From: a virus | Reading direction: 5' to 3' (one strand) | Virus record (IMG/VR): IMGVR_UViG_3300048924_000586 | Location: 5,776-69,775 of that record | Length of the DNA stretch: 64,000 bases | Part shown: positions 37,358-47,764 of the stretch, piece by piece | Position numbering within the stretch: position 1 is the first letter of the stretch | Layout: each line of letters opens with the position of its first letter | Notes under the pieces: model-generated | The model's input: only the letters and a program-made list of their open reading frames with translations | Told to the model about the DNA's origin: nothing | The model's database searches: none | Program-made: the position numbers and the translations under genes

Positions 37358-40300
37358 TGGCTTACGAACACAAGTCCGGGCTGGCCTACACGTACGATCG
37401 TGCAGAGGGCCACCCGGAGCAGCAAGGAGTCGTCTTCGGAGGCAAGGACCGCATCATCCAAGCGGCCGAACTGAACGAAGTCCAGACCATTGCACGCAAT
37501 CGTCAGACCCGACTGAGCCGCCTTGTGGCTTCTGACGGCGACCGCGTTGATCGTGCAGATGCCATCGTCGATATCGAGGCGAAGACCGTTCGGCTGACTG
37601 CCGGCATGATATACGTTCAGGGCGACGTCATGGCGGTGGCGGAGGCGCTCCTCGTGGATGTTCCGATGACTGGTCGTATCCAGCTCGGCGTCCGGCTTGG
37701 CACGACCTACATCACGGCCGAGACCAACCCGGAATTGATGGGTCTGGTGCCTGGTTCGCTCGCTGAGCTTGAACCTGGCGCGGCACGCGAGGTAGCAACA
37801 ATCACATGGGCGCGCGGCGACGTTGACGCGCCTGGCGATTTCTACGCCGTCTACACAATGCAGGACGGCACCATCCTCGATCAGACGTCTCCTTCGATCT
37901 TGGAGCCCGCCATGCAGGCGCTGGCGATCTACGACAGGCCCAACGGCAACTACATCGTCTCCGGTTGCCGCGTGACTGCCGTAGGTCTCAACGCAGGCGC
38001 TCGCGTTTTCTCGATCGAGCAAGGCGAGTTCAACGTCTACGGCTTCAAGCGGACCCGCTTTGCGTCGCTCCGATTCGAACAAGAGGAAGATTGGGACGAA
38101 GGCGCAGTTGTCGGTGAGACACACACCTATGCTGACACAGCCGGTTCCTACACCTTCGCGGTCGCTGAGTCGCCGATCGGCGTCATCAACAGCATCCTGC
38201 TGACCAGGCAGAAGACAGTCACAATCACCAGAGGCAGTATTGCCAACGGCGCGGATGCCCTGCCTGACACGTCGGTCATCTCGGTTTCGTCTGTTGTTCA
38301 GGGCGGCACGACCTTCGCTAGCCCGGCCTCATATAATCTGGTCAACAACACGATTGACTGGGCTCCCGGCGGAGCAGAGCCGGCAACCGGCTCTTCTTAC
38401 AACGTGACATATCGCTATCGTGCTTCAGTTACGGCTACGAGCTTCACGGACACGACCATAACGGTTTCCGGCGGCGTCACGGGCGGCGATGTCATCGTCA
38501 GCTATACGCGCAAGCTGCCTCGAATCGATCGCATCGGCCTGCTTCAGGACGGCTCTCCGGTCTACCTTATGGGGCAGTCGGCGCGAAGCAATCCGCAGGC
38601 ACCGGGCGTTCCTGAGACGGTCTTGAACCTCTGCACGGTCTCAAACGACTGGATGACCGCGCCGACCATCGTGAATGATGGCACGCGCTCGCTCACCATT
38701 CAGGAGCAGTGGAAGTACAACAACCGTCTGTTCGACCTCGAATACCTTATCATGAGGGAGCGAGGCCGGCATGCAATCGACAGCAAGGAGCCAGTCGCAA
38801 AGAAGGGCGTCTTTGTCGATCCTCTTCTGGATGACACCTACCGTGACCTCGGGTCGGCAGGCACGCAGTCCGGCGCCATTGGCAACGGCTTCATGCAGTT
38901 GGCGATTCGGCCAACGTTCTTCTACGGGAATATCACATACCCGATCACGCTCGACTACGTCGAGGAGGTCATCGTCACGCAGGATCTCAAGACGTTCTGC
39001 GAGAAGATTAATCCTTACGCCAACTTCAACCCGCTACCCGGCGCCCTGCGTATTAACCCGTCCGTTGATTTTTGGACCGTCTCGCAAACCTCTTGGCTGT
39101 CCGAGCAGACCTTGGAGTTCAACCAAGGCGTCCGGACAGATGGCGGCCCTTTGCAGACGACCTCGTCTGAAAATCAGGTTGTGGACCAACGGACTGAACA
39201 GGCTGCGTTCCTGAGGCAGATCCCGGTCACCTTCACCATCTCCGGCTTTGGAATTGGCGAAGTCCTGAAGTCGATGACGTTCGACGGTATCAATGTGAAG
39301 CCAGCAGGCACCCAGACGGCCAATGCCAATGGGGAGATCAGCGGAACCTTCACAATCCCCGCCAACGTTCCTGCTGGGACCAAGGTCATCGCAGTCGATG
39401 GCATGGGTGGCACACAGGCGACCAACATGTTTGTCGGGCAGGGTACCGTCCTCACTGACGTAATGCGGCGTGTCACCACGATCGAAAATTGGTCGAGGCC
39501 GGTCGTCACTCAGGTGGTGCAGCCATCGGTATTCCCTCCTGTTCCTGGTGGCCTTGGTGCCGGCAGTGGCGGCAATGATGGCTTCGACCAAAGCGATGGC
39601 GGCGGAGCGGATCCTCAGGCCCAGTACTTCGGCATCAATCAGGCTCGCCAGATCATCGGCGTTGATTTCCACATGTGCGCCTTCGGCGACCTGACGAAGC
39701 ATATCCTTGTTGACCAGGTCACGACGGACAACGGCTATCCGACTGCAGAAATAAGGGCGGAAGCTGTTGTCCAGGTTGGCGCCGCAGTTCCCGGTTGGCG
39801 CTCTGCTCGCTATGCCGTTCCACTGACCACGCTTCCGACCGAGAACCATGCTTTTGTCATCAAGTCCGATGACAACCTGCACTCAGTTTCCGGGGCAAAG
39901 CTTGGCGGTTTTGATGCCGACAGGCAGGAGTTCGTCTCTAAGCATCCGTATGTGACCGGACCGCGTTTCTCGTCGGTCAATGCGAAAACGTGGACGGCTC
40001 ATCAGGATGAGGCGCTGGCCTTCCGTTTGGTTGCTGCGCGCTACACGCAGACGACGAAGACGGTCAACCTCGGCACCTTCAATCTGGTAGAATGCTCTGA
40101 TCTTCAGGTACGCTGTGTGGCGGAGCTTCCAAGTTCCGGCTGCTCGGTCGTGTTCGAGGTCCAGCGTTCGAACGGGACAGTCTACAAGCTGCTGCCATTC
40201 CAGGTCTTGCAGCTGACAGAGTACGTCACGGACACCGTTCAGCTGCGCGCAGTCCTGACCGGTACGGCGACACTCTCGCCGGTGCTTTACGCTCCGGTCG

Positions 40301-40620
40301 AGCTGATCTCGGGCCGCATCGACTCATCGATGGTCTACATCACCCGTGCGTTTGACTTGGGTACGGCCGTCAGACTGACGGACTATCTCAAGGCCTACCT
40401 GCCCGGCGGCGCGAGCGTCTCGGTTTCCTACTCGATCGACGGTGGAGCGTTTACGAACCTGCCGCTGGCAAGCACGGAAGCCTTGGCGTTCCCGCTTTGG
40501 GTCGAGAATAAGTACCAGGTCGCGAGCATCACGGGGCTAAAGGTACGGCTCCGGATCACCGCAACAGGCGGCCCGTCCGCGCGCGTCATCCTTGGCGATT
40601 TTGGCGCCGGCATCTTCTAA
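37357..40620 (+). CDS. Large baseplate/tail protein (DUF4815-like)
   Basis: IQAAELNEVQ, GNYIVSG, LPRID, GVFVDP, INPY, W.AHQDE. Confidence 0.8.
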   Translation: MAYEHKSGLAYTYDRAEGHPEQQGVVFGGKDRIIQAAELNEVQTIARNRQTRLSRLVASDGDRVDRADAIVDIEAKTVRLTAGMIYVQGDVMAVAEALLVDVPMTGRIQLGVRLGTTYITAETNPELMGLVPGSLAELEPGAAREVATITWARGDVDAPGDFYAVYTMQDGTILDQTSPSILEPAMQALAIYDRPNGNYIVSGCRVTAVGLNAGARVFSIEQGEFNVYGFKRTRFASLRFEQEEDWDEGAVVGETHTYADTAGSYTFAVAESPIGVINSILLTRQKTVTITRGSIANGADALPDTSVISVSSVVQGGTTFASPASYNLVNNTIDWAPGGAEPATGSSYNVTYRYRASVTATSFTDTTITVSGGVTGGDVIVSYTRKLPRIDRIGLLQDGSPVYLMGQSARSNPQAPGVPETVLNLCTVSNDWMTAPTIVNDGTRSLTIQEQWKYNNRLFDLEYLIMRERGRHAIDSKEPVAKKGVFVDPLLDDTYRDLGSAGTQSGAIGNGFMQLAIRPTFFYGNITYPITLDYVEEVIVTQDLKTFCEKINPYANFNPLPGALRINPSVDFWTVSQTSWLSEQTLEFNQGVRTDGGPLQTTSSENQVVDQRTEQAAFLRQIPVTFTISGFGIGEVLKSMTFDGINVKPAGTQTANANGEISGTFTIPANVPAGTKVIAVDGMGGTQATNMFVGQGTVLTDVMRRVTTIENWSRPVVTQVVQPSVFPPVPGGLGAGSGGNDGFDQSDGGGADPQAQYFGINQARQIIGVDFHMCAFGDLTKHILVDQVTTDNGYPTAEIRAEAVVQVGAAVPGWRSARYAVPLTTLPTENHAFVIKSDDNLHSVSGAKLGGFDADRQEFVSKHPYVTGPRFSSVNAKTWTAHQDEALAFRLVAARYTQTTKTVNLGTFNLVECSDLQVRCVAELPSSGCSVVFEVQRSNGTVYKLLPFQVLQLTEYVTDTVQLRAVLTGTATLSPVLYAPVELISGRIDSSMVYITRAFDLGTAVRLTDYLKAYLPGGASVSVSYSIDGGAFTNLPLASTEALAFPLWVENKYQVASITGLKVRLRITATGGPSARVILGDFGAGIF

Positions 40621-40631
40621 GGAAACCATGA

Positions 40632-41951
40632 ATGGCAACGACGCCGAATATCGGGCTCGATCTTCCGGTTGATACCGCGAACATCGACACCGAGATCTAT
40701 CGCCTTCTTTCCAACCTGCAGCTCCTCGATACCACCATCGGGACGCTACAGGCGTTGGCGGCGGGCAAGGCACCGCTCATCCATTCCCATGAGTTGGCGG
40801 ACGTCACCGGTTTGGTCGCGGCCCTCAACAACAAGATGGCCGCTACAAAGACCTTCGCCCTGTCGGACCTCACGGACACCCGCAACATTGCGGGTGCTCC
40901 AGCCGGGTACATTTTGGTTAAACAGGAAGATGGGAAAATCGAGCCGGTCTCAGCGCCATCCGTATTCGGCACGTTCCTGCTTCGCATTGATTCCGCCCAG
41001 ACACTGACGGAAGCGCAAAAATCTCAAGTCATCGCCAATATATTCTCGGGATTGACTACGGCGCAGAAGAGCCAGGCGCTCGCTAACATCGGTGCAACTC
41101 CGGGGTGGAACGAGATCATCAACGGCGACTTCCGTGTCGCGCAAGGTGGTGTTGGTCCTTTCAATGCGGCTGGCTACACTTTCGACCAGTGGGCGATCAG
41201 CGGGGCGAACGTCTACCTCTCCCGCGAGGGAGGAAATCCTAGGTTTCAAGTGCGGCTGTCTCGAAGCGTTGCGGCGCTTGGGACAACGACGCTTTACCAG
41301 AAGCTCGAGGCGCATCGCGCAAATGGGTTGAAGCCCGATGGCAACAACCCGGGCGGCGTAGTGACAATCACGTTTGACTGCGCAGCGGCTGGAGCGCCCT
41401 CCGACCTTACGGTTTCTCTGATCACGACTGACGGTGACACGAATTTTAATAATCCCGTCGTCCGAGGGACATTCACCGTTCCTGTTTCTGGCAATACGGA
41501 TTTCAATGGACGCAAAGAGCTTGTCGTCGTCCTGCCGACCGGCATCGCGCAGCAGGGCGCCTATGTGTCGTTTTCGGCTGACACGTCGAACGCGGCATCT
41601 TGGGCAATCCGTGATGTTGAAATGTGCGCGGGACCGTCGGCGAAGACCTTTCGTCCGCGCAATCCAGAGGTTGAGCGGGGCCTTTGTGAGCGGTTCTTCT
41701 ACAAAGGGCGCGTAAGCCACGGCACTTACTTTGCGGCGGCAAATTCTTCTTCGCTTATAGCCCGCCCACTTCCAGCCGTCATGCGGGCAACGCCGAGTGT
41801 CAATGTGGTACAGCAAGTTGGCTCAACAAATCTTCTGACAAATACGCTGACGGTTCTTGATGAGGGGTGCTTGCATTTCCGCATCAACAACAATGCCGTT
41901 GGTTACGGTGAGGGCGTACTGGAATTCACCGCAAGTGCGAGGTTGGGTTGA
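40632..41951 (+). CDS. Tail fibre protein
   Basis: H.H...DV.GL..AL, AQTLT.AQK.Q repeats, NEIINGDF.VAQ, E..LCERFF. Confidence 0.85.
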   Translation: MATTPNIGLDLPVDTANIDTEIYRLLSNLQLLDTTIGTLQALAAGKAPLIHSHELADVTGLVAALNNKMAATKTFALSDLTDTRNIAGAPAGYILVKQEDGKIEPVSAPSVFGTFLLRIDSAQTLTEAQKSQVIANIFSGLTTAQKSQALANIGATPGWNEIINGDFRVAQGGVGPFNAAGYTFDQWAISGANVYLSREGGNPRFQVRLSRSVAALGTTTLYQKLEAHRANGLKPDGNNPGGVVTITFDCAAAGAPSDLTVSLITTDGDTNFNNPVVRGTFTVPVSGNTDFNGRKELVVVLPTGIAQQGAYVSFSADTSNAASWAIRDVEMCAGPSAKTFRPRNPEVERGLCERFFYKGRVSHGTYFAAANSSSLIARPLPAVMRATPSVNVVQQVGSTNLLTNTLTVLDEGCLHFRINNNAVGYGEGVLEFTASARLG

Positions 41952-42382
41952 TGCAGGTCCTTGGATTCAATGAAGACGGCATGATCCGCGTAACGCTTGA
42001 AGGACAACCGAGCGAAACACTCGTTCCTGATGATATGCGGAATGCGGATCGTGAAAAGATTGCGGAATGGGAAGCAGAGGGAAACACGATCCCGCCGTAC
42101 GTTTCACCTCCTCCGTCCGTCACGCACTACGAAGAGGCTATTCAAGACCTTGTCGACGCATCTGCTCGTTCAAGGCAGTTTCGGGATGGTGGCATGCTCG
42201 CCACCTACGTCGCCTCGACAAACCCGCAATGGTCAGCTGAAGCCCAAGCATTTGTCGCTTGGCGTGACGGCGTTTGGGAATATGCATACGCTGAGCTGGC
42301 GAAAGTCATGGCTGGTCAGCGTGAGCAGCCGTCGATCGAAGACTTTTTGACCGAAATCGATCCGATCGAGTGGCCGATCTAG
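41951..42382 (+). CDS. Tail fibre assembly chaperone
   Basis: Follows the fibre; TYV.STNP.W.AEA.AFVAWRD.VW. Confidence 0.75.
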   Translation: MQVLGFNEDGMIRVTLEGQPSETLVPDDMRNADREKIAEWEAEGNTIPPYVSPPPSVTHYEEAIQDLVDASARSRQFRDGGMLATYVASTNPQWSAEAQAFVAWRDGVWEYAYAELAKVMAGQREQPSIEDFLTEIDPIEWPI

Positions 42383-42446
42383 CGGCCTAGCAGCCTGCGC
42401 TCAGCTACCGCACCACCACCAAAACACCACATCAGAGGAGGCCGCT

Positions 42447-43907
42447 TTGGCTGACCTATCGTACTTCCATGGCGTTCAGGTGCTCGAAAGCCCTGACAGC
42501 CCGTCGCTTCTGCGCGTCACCAACTACGGCATTTCGTTCGTTAACGGCACTGCACCAGGAGCCGACGCTGCCACATTCCCGCTCAACAAGCCGACGCTGG
42601 TCACGAACCTGTCGCAGGCTGCGCTCCTCGGAACGCAGGGTACGCTCTACAATGACGTGGTCACCATCTTCGGTGAGGGTGGCTCGATTGTCATCGTAAA
42701 CCGCGTGGAGCATAGCGATACGCCTGCCACACTGCAGGCAAACCTGATCGGCGACGCGGGCCAGCGCACTGGCCTTTACTCCGCACTGCGCGCAAAGGCG
42801 CTGCTCGGCTACCAGCCGCGCGTCATTGTGACCGCCGGCAATACCGGCACGTGGATCGAGGGCGGACTCCTGTCTGTTGCAGTGTCTGGCGGTGGCAGCC
42901 TGCTGACTGAGGCGCCGACGGTAACTTTCACAGGTGGCGGCTCCGATGCCGGCAAGGTGCTGCCAACCGCGGTAGCAGTCCTCGGTACGGGCATCAACGC
43001 TGGTAAGGTCCTGTCTGTCACCGTTACCAGTGCTGGCAAGGGCATGACACAAGCTCCCGTCGTTGCCTTCACGGGCGGTGGCACTGAGGCAGGCAAGGTT
43101 CTCCCGACCGCAACCGCCAACATCGGAGACGTCGGCAACCCGTTCGTCTCGGCGCTGGCGACTATCACGGAACAGGTTAAGGCTCGTGCCTATATTGCCG
43201 GCCCGAACACGACCAATGCCGATGCGGTGCGCTTCCGCGCCACCATCAACAGCGGTCGCATCCTGCCTATTGACCCGGCCGGTATCAAGAACGTCGACGG
43301 CGTGCCCGTCATCGTGCCGATCGCGCCGGTCTTCGCAGGCATTCGTTCCCGTGTTGTCGGGTCCGCCGAGGGCGTTTCCGGTTCGGTTTCGAACAAGGAA
43401 ATTCGCACGCTGGACGGCGTGGCGCGCACGATCGCATACCCGACCGACAGCAATTACCTGAACGACAAGCAGATCGCGACGGTGATTAACGAAAACGGCC
43501 TGCGGACGTGGGGCTCCCGCCTCGCGACGTCGGATGCGCTCTGGCAGTTCGACAGTGTCCGCGCGACTGCCGACATGATCAACGAGAGCCTCGAGCAGAT
43601 CTACTTCAAGTGGGTCGACAAGAAGTTCACGAAGGCCAACCTGAAGATGATGATCGAGGACGGCAACGCCGCCCTGCGCGTCTTCAAGAAGAACGACGAC
43701 ATCCTCGGCGGCAAGGTCTGGCTGTCCGACATCAACCAGCCAACGGTCAACGCCAACGGCCAGGTCTACCTAAATGTCGAGTTCGAGCCCGTCGGCCTGA
43801 TGGAGCAGATCAAAATCACTACGCATCGCAACATCCTCTACTACCAGATCCTTCTGGATGAGGTCCGTGGCGCGATCGACAATGGCCCGCTCACGCTGGC
43901 CGCCTAA
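42447..43907 (+). CDS. Tail sheath protein
   Basis: YFHGV, FPLNKP, RTGLY.AL, SVSNK, LRTWG.R, VRATAD; TTG start after AGAGGAG. Confidence 0.95.
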   Translation: MADLSYFHGVQVLESPDSPSLLRVTNYGISFVNGTAPGADAATFPLNKPTLVTNLSQAALLGTQGTLYNDVVTIFGEGGSIVIVNRVEHSDTPATLQANLIGDAGQRTGLYSALRAKALLGYQPRVIVTAGNTGTWIEGGLLSVAVSGGGSLLTEAPTVTFTGGGSDAGKVLPTAVAVLGTGINAGKVLSVTVTSAGKGMTQAPVVAFTGGGTEAGKVLPTATANIGDVGNPFVSALATITEQVKARAYIAGPNTTNADAVRFRATINSGRILPIDPAGIKNVDGVPVIVPIAPVFAGIRSRVVGSAEGVSGSVSNKEIRTLDGVARTIAYPTDSNYLNDKQIATVINENGLRTWGSRLATSDALWQFDSVRATADMINESLEQIYFKWVDKKFTKANLKMMIEDGNAALRVFKKNDDILGGKVWLSDINQPTVNANGQVYLNVEFEPVGLMEQIKITTHRNILYYQILLDEVRGAIDNGPLTLAA

Positions 43908-43920
43908 GGAGTTTCCCTAA

Positions 43921-44430
43921 ATGGCGACAAGTCTTCCGCGCTTCCTCATGCGCGACTGCATGCTGTGGGCTGACACCGTTTCCCAGCTTGGTCAGATCGG
44001 CGACATTACGCCGCCGGTCCCACAGATCAAGGTCGAGGAAATGCGCAATGCCGGCATGATCAAGCCGCGCGAGGTTCACATGGGCTACGAGAAGCTGGAA
44101 TTCAGCTTCAAAATGCCCGGCCTTGATCCGCAGGTTCTCAAGCTGTTCGGCCTCAGGCCCGGCTCCGAATATCCGTTCATGATCACCGGCGCGCTCGTCG
44201 ACGAGGATGGCACCGACCATTCCGCAGTCATGACGATCCGCGGTTTTCTCAAGCAGGCCGACCACGGTTCTTGGAAAACCGGCGATCAGGCGGAGAACGA
44301 CTACACGGTCTCGGTCAACTACTACAAGCTCGAGATCGACGGCGAGCCCGTCTACGAAATGGACGACTTCGACGTCCTCATCGGAGGCGTCAGCCAGGTC
44401 AGCGGTCAGCGCAACTCGCTGCTGCTCTAA
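43921..44430 (+). CDS. Major tail tube protein (P2 FII-like)
   Basis: EEMRNAGM, GYEKLE, YYKLEIDG. Confidence 0.93.
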   Translation: MATSLPRFLMRDCMLWADTVSQLGQIGDITPPVPQIKVEEMRNAGMIKPREVHMGYEKLEFSFKMPGLDPQVLKLFGLRPGSEYPFMITGALVDEDGTDHSAVMTIRGFLKQADHGSWKTGDQAENDYTVSVNYYKLEIDGEPVYEMDDFDVLIGGVSQVSGQRNSLLL

Positions 44431-44511
44431 GCCACCAACCATCACCAGCATAACCCGAAGGGCCGCCTCACCAGCGGCCTTTCGCTTTTCTGCACCACAG
44501 AGGAGGGTCTC

Positions 44512-44769
44512 ATGACCACTATCAAGCTTTCCACGCCCGTCGAGCATTCTGGCGTCACCTATTCCGAAATCTCCTTCGACGAACCGACGGTCGGCGATCT
44601 CGCCGCTGCCGATCTCGTAAAGGGCGAAACCCATCAGATGCTCGCCGTCCTTGCGAGCATGTCCGGTGTTCCGATCCCGGCACTTAAGAAGATCAAGGCC
44701 AAGGAGTTCGCCAAGTTCTCCAAAGCGATTGATCTGGGAAACGAGCCGGAGCCCACGACTGGCGAATAG
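44512..44769 (+). CDS. Tail assembly chaperone (gpE-like)
   Basis: IKL..PV, F.EPTVGDL; between tube and tape measure. Confidence 0.85.
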   Translation: MTTIKLSTPVEHSGVTYSEISFDEPTVGDLAAADLVKGETHQMLAVLASMSGVPIPALKKIKAKEFAKFSKAIDLGNEPEPTTGE

Positions 44770-44894
44770 TCGCGGGCTTTGTCGCCAGCGTGCTCCACAC
44801 ATCGCTCGACGTGATCGAGCGATGGCCGCCTGAGAAGGCTCTGGCCTACTTCGATACGGCCACAGAAATCCATAAAGCGACGAGGGCTCTCTGA
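44736..44894 (+). other. -1 programmed frameshift site G GGA AAC and gpE+E'-like extension
   Basis: Slippery heptamer 44736-44742 in the correct phase; -1 frame open (KRAGAHDWRIVAGFVASVLHTSLDVIERWPPEKALAYFD...) to TGA 44894. Confidence 0.8.
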
Positions 44895-47062
44895 TGGCCG
44901 TCCTTCAAAGTCAGCTGCGCCTGTCGCTGCTGGATCAGGTCTCTGCGCCTATCCGCAAGGTGTCGGGCGCGCTGAGTGGCTTGCAGCGTCAGACCATGGC
45001 GTTCACAAACCCGCTTCGCGGTGCCATTGGGCAGCTTGCCGCTTTCGGCGGAGCCTATGTCGGGATCACCGAAGGCATGAAGGCCACCATTGGCTCGGCT
45101 ATTACCTTCGAATCCGCATTCGCTGACGTCCGCAAGGTCGTCGAGGCGTCGGACGAGCAGTTCGACAACATGCGCCGGACGATCCGGCAGATGTCGACCG
45201 AAATTCCGATGACCGCCAATGACATCGCCGCGCTGTTCGCAGCTGCCGGCGAATCCGGCATTGCGACAACCGAACTCAAAGAATTCTCCGAAATGGCGGC
45301 CCGTGTGGGGATCGCCTTCGATATCGGAGCCGGGCAGGCGGGCGAGACGCTCGCGAAGCTCAAGACCCAGTTGGGCATGTCCGTTGCTGACGTCGGCTCA
45401 CTTGCTGATGCGATCAACCACCTTTCGAACAACATGGCCTCCAAGGCCAGCGACATCACCGATTTCATGCTTCGCGTCTCGGCGCTTGGTAAGATGGGTG
45501 GTTTCACCGCAGAACAGATTGCCGGCATTGGTTCGGCTATGATTGCTGCGGGTGCGCCTTCTGAGGTCGCCGGCACTGCAATGCAGAACGTCGTGAAGGC
45601 ACTGACCCGTGGCAACTTCGCGAAGAAGGACCAGAGAGACGCCGCCAAGGCGCTCGGTCTTGACCTGCCGCAGATTGCCAAGCAAATGCAGAAGGACGCG
45701 CCGAAGGCGCTGAAAACTGTCCTGAAGGCTATCGCCAAGGCGCCGAAGGATCAGCACATTGCGATCCTGTCGCAATTCTTCGGCGATGAAGCCAAAGCCT
45801 TTGCTCCCTTGATCGGCAACGTTGGTCTTCTGGATCAGGCGCTGGACAGCGTCGCTGACAAGGCGAAATACACCGGCTCAGCGTTCAACGAATTTGTTCA
45901 GCGATCGAGCACCGCTGCGAATGCCGCCCAGTTGCTTGGAAACAAGATTTCCAATCGGTTCTGGGAAATGGGTGACCGTATGCTGCCCACTATCAAGGAG
46001 GGCATCGCCGGCATCAGCGAGGTGATCGACACCCTCGATTCCCGCGTCTCCATCTTCGACAAGATGGAAACGAGCATCATGGGCTTTGCTCAGGGGCTTG
46101 GCTACAACGGCGTCAAGGAAGTTATTGCTGACCTCGGCGACCTGTTGTTCGGCAAGGTTGACGGCACTGCCGGTGACCAACTCGGCCGCTTGTTCATGCA
46201 GGCGAAGGAGTGGGGCGCCACAATCCGCGAGCTCAGTGCTGCGATCAAGGAAAACCCAATCGCTCAGTTCTTTGCTGATTTGGCACCTTACGGTTTTCAG
46301 ATCATGGCTTGGGGTCTTGCTATCGGCGTTCTAGCTGGGACTGTCCGAAAGCTTGCAGCTGCGATGATGTTCCTCAGCGGAGCGTCGACGATCGTCGGAG
46401 CACTGAAGGCTGCGGGCACTGTTGCCGACGTCCTCTCTGGCGGCACCATGCCAGGCGGCAAGGGCGCGGGCAAAGCCGGTTCTGCGGGCACTTCCGTTCC
46501 CAAGCCAGACACCGGTGTCATGGCGACGCTGGCAGCATGGGGATCATGGGTTAAGGGCGCAGTGGTCGCCGGAGCACCTGGCCTCATGTCGGAAGCAATG
46601 TCGTTCACGCCAGGCGACACTTTCGAAGATCAGGTGCGACTGCAAAAGCAGCACCGCGAAGACCTTGAACGGATCACCGGTCTGAACCGCCAAGCCATCT
46701 CCGAAGGCTTGCAGAGAAACTTCGGCCAGACCACACTGCCCGGAGTTGGCGCTCAGCAGGCGATGGACAATGCGCGGGCCTTCGGTCCAGGCGGCCGAAC
46801 AACGGACCAGTTGCCCGGCAAGACGGCAGACGATCTCAGCATTGTCAGGACGACGCGCATCGACTCCTCGTCGATCGCGGCAATGATCCAGCCATCCGGC
46901 ACGCAGGACGTTCGCGTCACCAACCCTCAGCCGCCGAACGTCACCGTCCACGCGCCAATCAGCATTACAGGCGTCGCGGATTCACAAGCAGCTGCAAGTT
47001 CGGCCGCATCGCAGCTGGGTGGAGCGGTCAAGTCTGCGGTGGAAAGCACCTACAGCGATTAA
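44894..47062 (+). CDS. Tape measure protein (TP901 family)
   Basis: FESAFADVRKV, LADAINHLSN, FGDE. Confidence 0.93.
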   Translation: MAVLQSQLRLSLLDQVSAPIRKVSGALSGLQRQTMAFTNPLRGAIGQLAAFGGAYVGITEGMKATIGSAITFESAFADVRKVVEASDEQFDNMRRTIRQMSTEIPMTANDIAALFAAAGESGIATTELKEFSEMAARVGIAFDIGAGQAGETLAKLKTQLGMSVADVGSLADAINHLSNNMASKASDITDFMLRVSALGKMGGFTAEQIAGIGSAMIAAGAPSEVAGTAMQNVVKALTRGNFAKKDQRDAAKALGLDLPQIAKQMQKDAPKALKTVLKAIAKAPKDQHIAILSQFFGDEAKAFAPLIGNVGLLDQALDSVADKAKYTGSAFNEFVQRSSTAANAAQLLGNKISNRFWEMGDRMLPTIKEGIAGISEVIDTLDSRVSIFDKMETSIMGFAQGLGYNGVKEVIADLGDLLFGKVDGTAGDQLGRLFMQAKEWGATIRELSAAIKENPIAQFFADLAPYGFQIMAWGLAIGVLAGTVRKLAAAMMFLSGASTIVGALKAAGTVADVLSGGTMPGGKGAGKAGSAGTSVPKPDTGVMATLAAWGSWVKGAVVAGAPGLMSEAMSFTPGDTFEDQVRLQKQHREDLERITGLNRQAISEGLQRNFGQTTLPGVGAQQAMDNARAFGPGGRTTDQLPGKTADDLSIVRTTRIDSSSIAAMIQPSGTQDVRVTNPQPPNVTVHAPISITGVADSQAAASSAASQLGGAVKSAVESTYSD

Positions 47063-47074
47063 GAGGAGGTCTGC

Positions 47075-47545
47075 ATGGCAGGACCGGTAGCGATGGCCCT
47101 TGGGCCATTCGCTTTCGAGGCTATCGGCTTCGGATATGACGGCGTCTCGCGCAAAGTGCAGACACCATGGGCTGACGTACAAGTGGCGCAGTCACTGAAC
47201 CAGCAACAGTGGACTGGACCGACATCGGAAGAGATCACGATCAAGGGTGTGCTGTTTCCTGCGGAATTCGGTGGGCAGAGCTCGCTATCTGGTATCGTGT
47301 CGGCCGCAATGGGCGGCACACCACTGATGCTGGTCTCTGGTGACGCGGACGAAGGGCTGATCCACGGCACGTTCACCATCCAGTCGGTGGATGAAGATCG
47401 CTCCTCGCATAACAACCGTGGCACCGCTCGGCGCAATGCCTACACCATCTCGTTGAAACGGTATGCCGATGGAGACCCGGCCGGCTTCGACCTGTCCGGT
47501 GCCATCGGCTCGATCGTCGCCCCCATCGTGAACCTGTTTGGATAA
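47075..47545 (+). CDS. Tail protein gpU-like
   Basis: MALGPF.F, QWTGP..E.ITIKGVLFP, ISLKRY. Confidence 0.9.
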   Translation: MAGPVAMALGPFAFEAIGFGYDGVSRKVQTPWADVQVAQSLNQQQWTGPTSEEITIKGVLFPAEFGGQSSLSGIVSAAMGGTPLMLVSGDADEGLIHGTFTIQSVDEDRSSHNNRGTARRNAYTISLKRYADGDPAGFDLSGAIGSIVAPIVNLFG

Positions 47546-47548
47546 ATG

Positions 47549-47761
47549 ATGAGCACGATCGTAACCACGAAACAGGGACAGACCGTCGATTTGGTCTGCC
47601 TACTTCATTACGGCCGCACGGCCGAAGTCACCGAGATGGTGCTCGCAGCCAATCCGGATATTGCTGCGGCGGGCATCATCTTGCCGTTGGGCACCAAGGT
47701 GTTGATGCCGACCGCTCCGTCTCGGCAGCAGGCGGCAAAGCTCACCAGCCTTTGGGAGTAG
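47549..47761 (+). CDS. Tail protein gpX-like
   Basis: TKQG.TVD.VC..HYG, VL.ANP, LP.GT, LWE. Confidence 0.9.
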   Translation: MSTIVTTKQGQTVDLVCLLHYGRTAEVTEMVLAANPDIAAAGIILPLGTKVLMPTAPSRQQAAKLTSLWE

Positions 47762-47764
47762 CCC

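Noticed and set aside
37357-42382. Diversity-generating retroelement or invertible tail-fibre cassette
   Set aside because: No reverse transcriptase, invertase or template/variable repeat pair seen
44736-44894. Frameshift in the tail chaperone as a novelty or lesion
   Set aside because: It is the standard conserved -1 programmed frameshift of tailed phages
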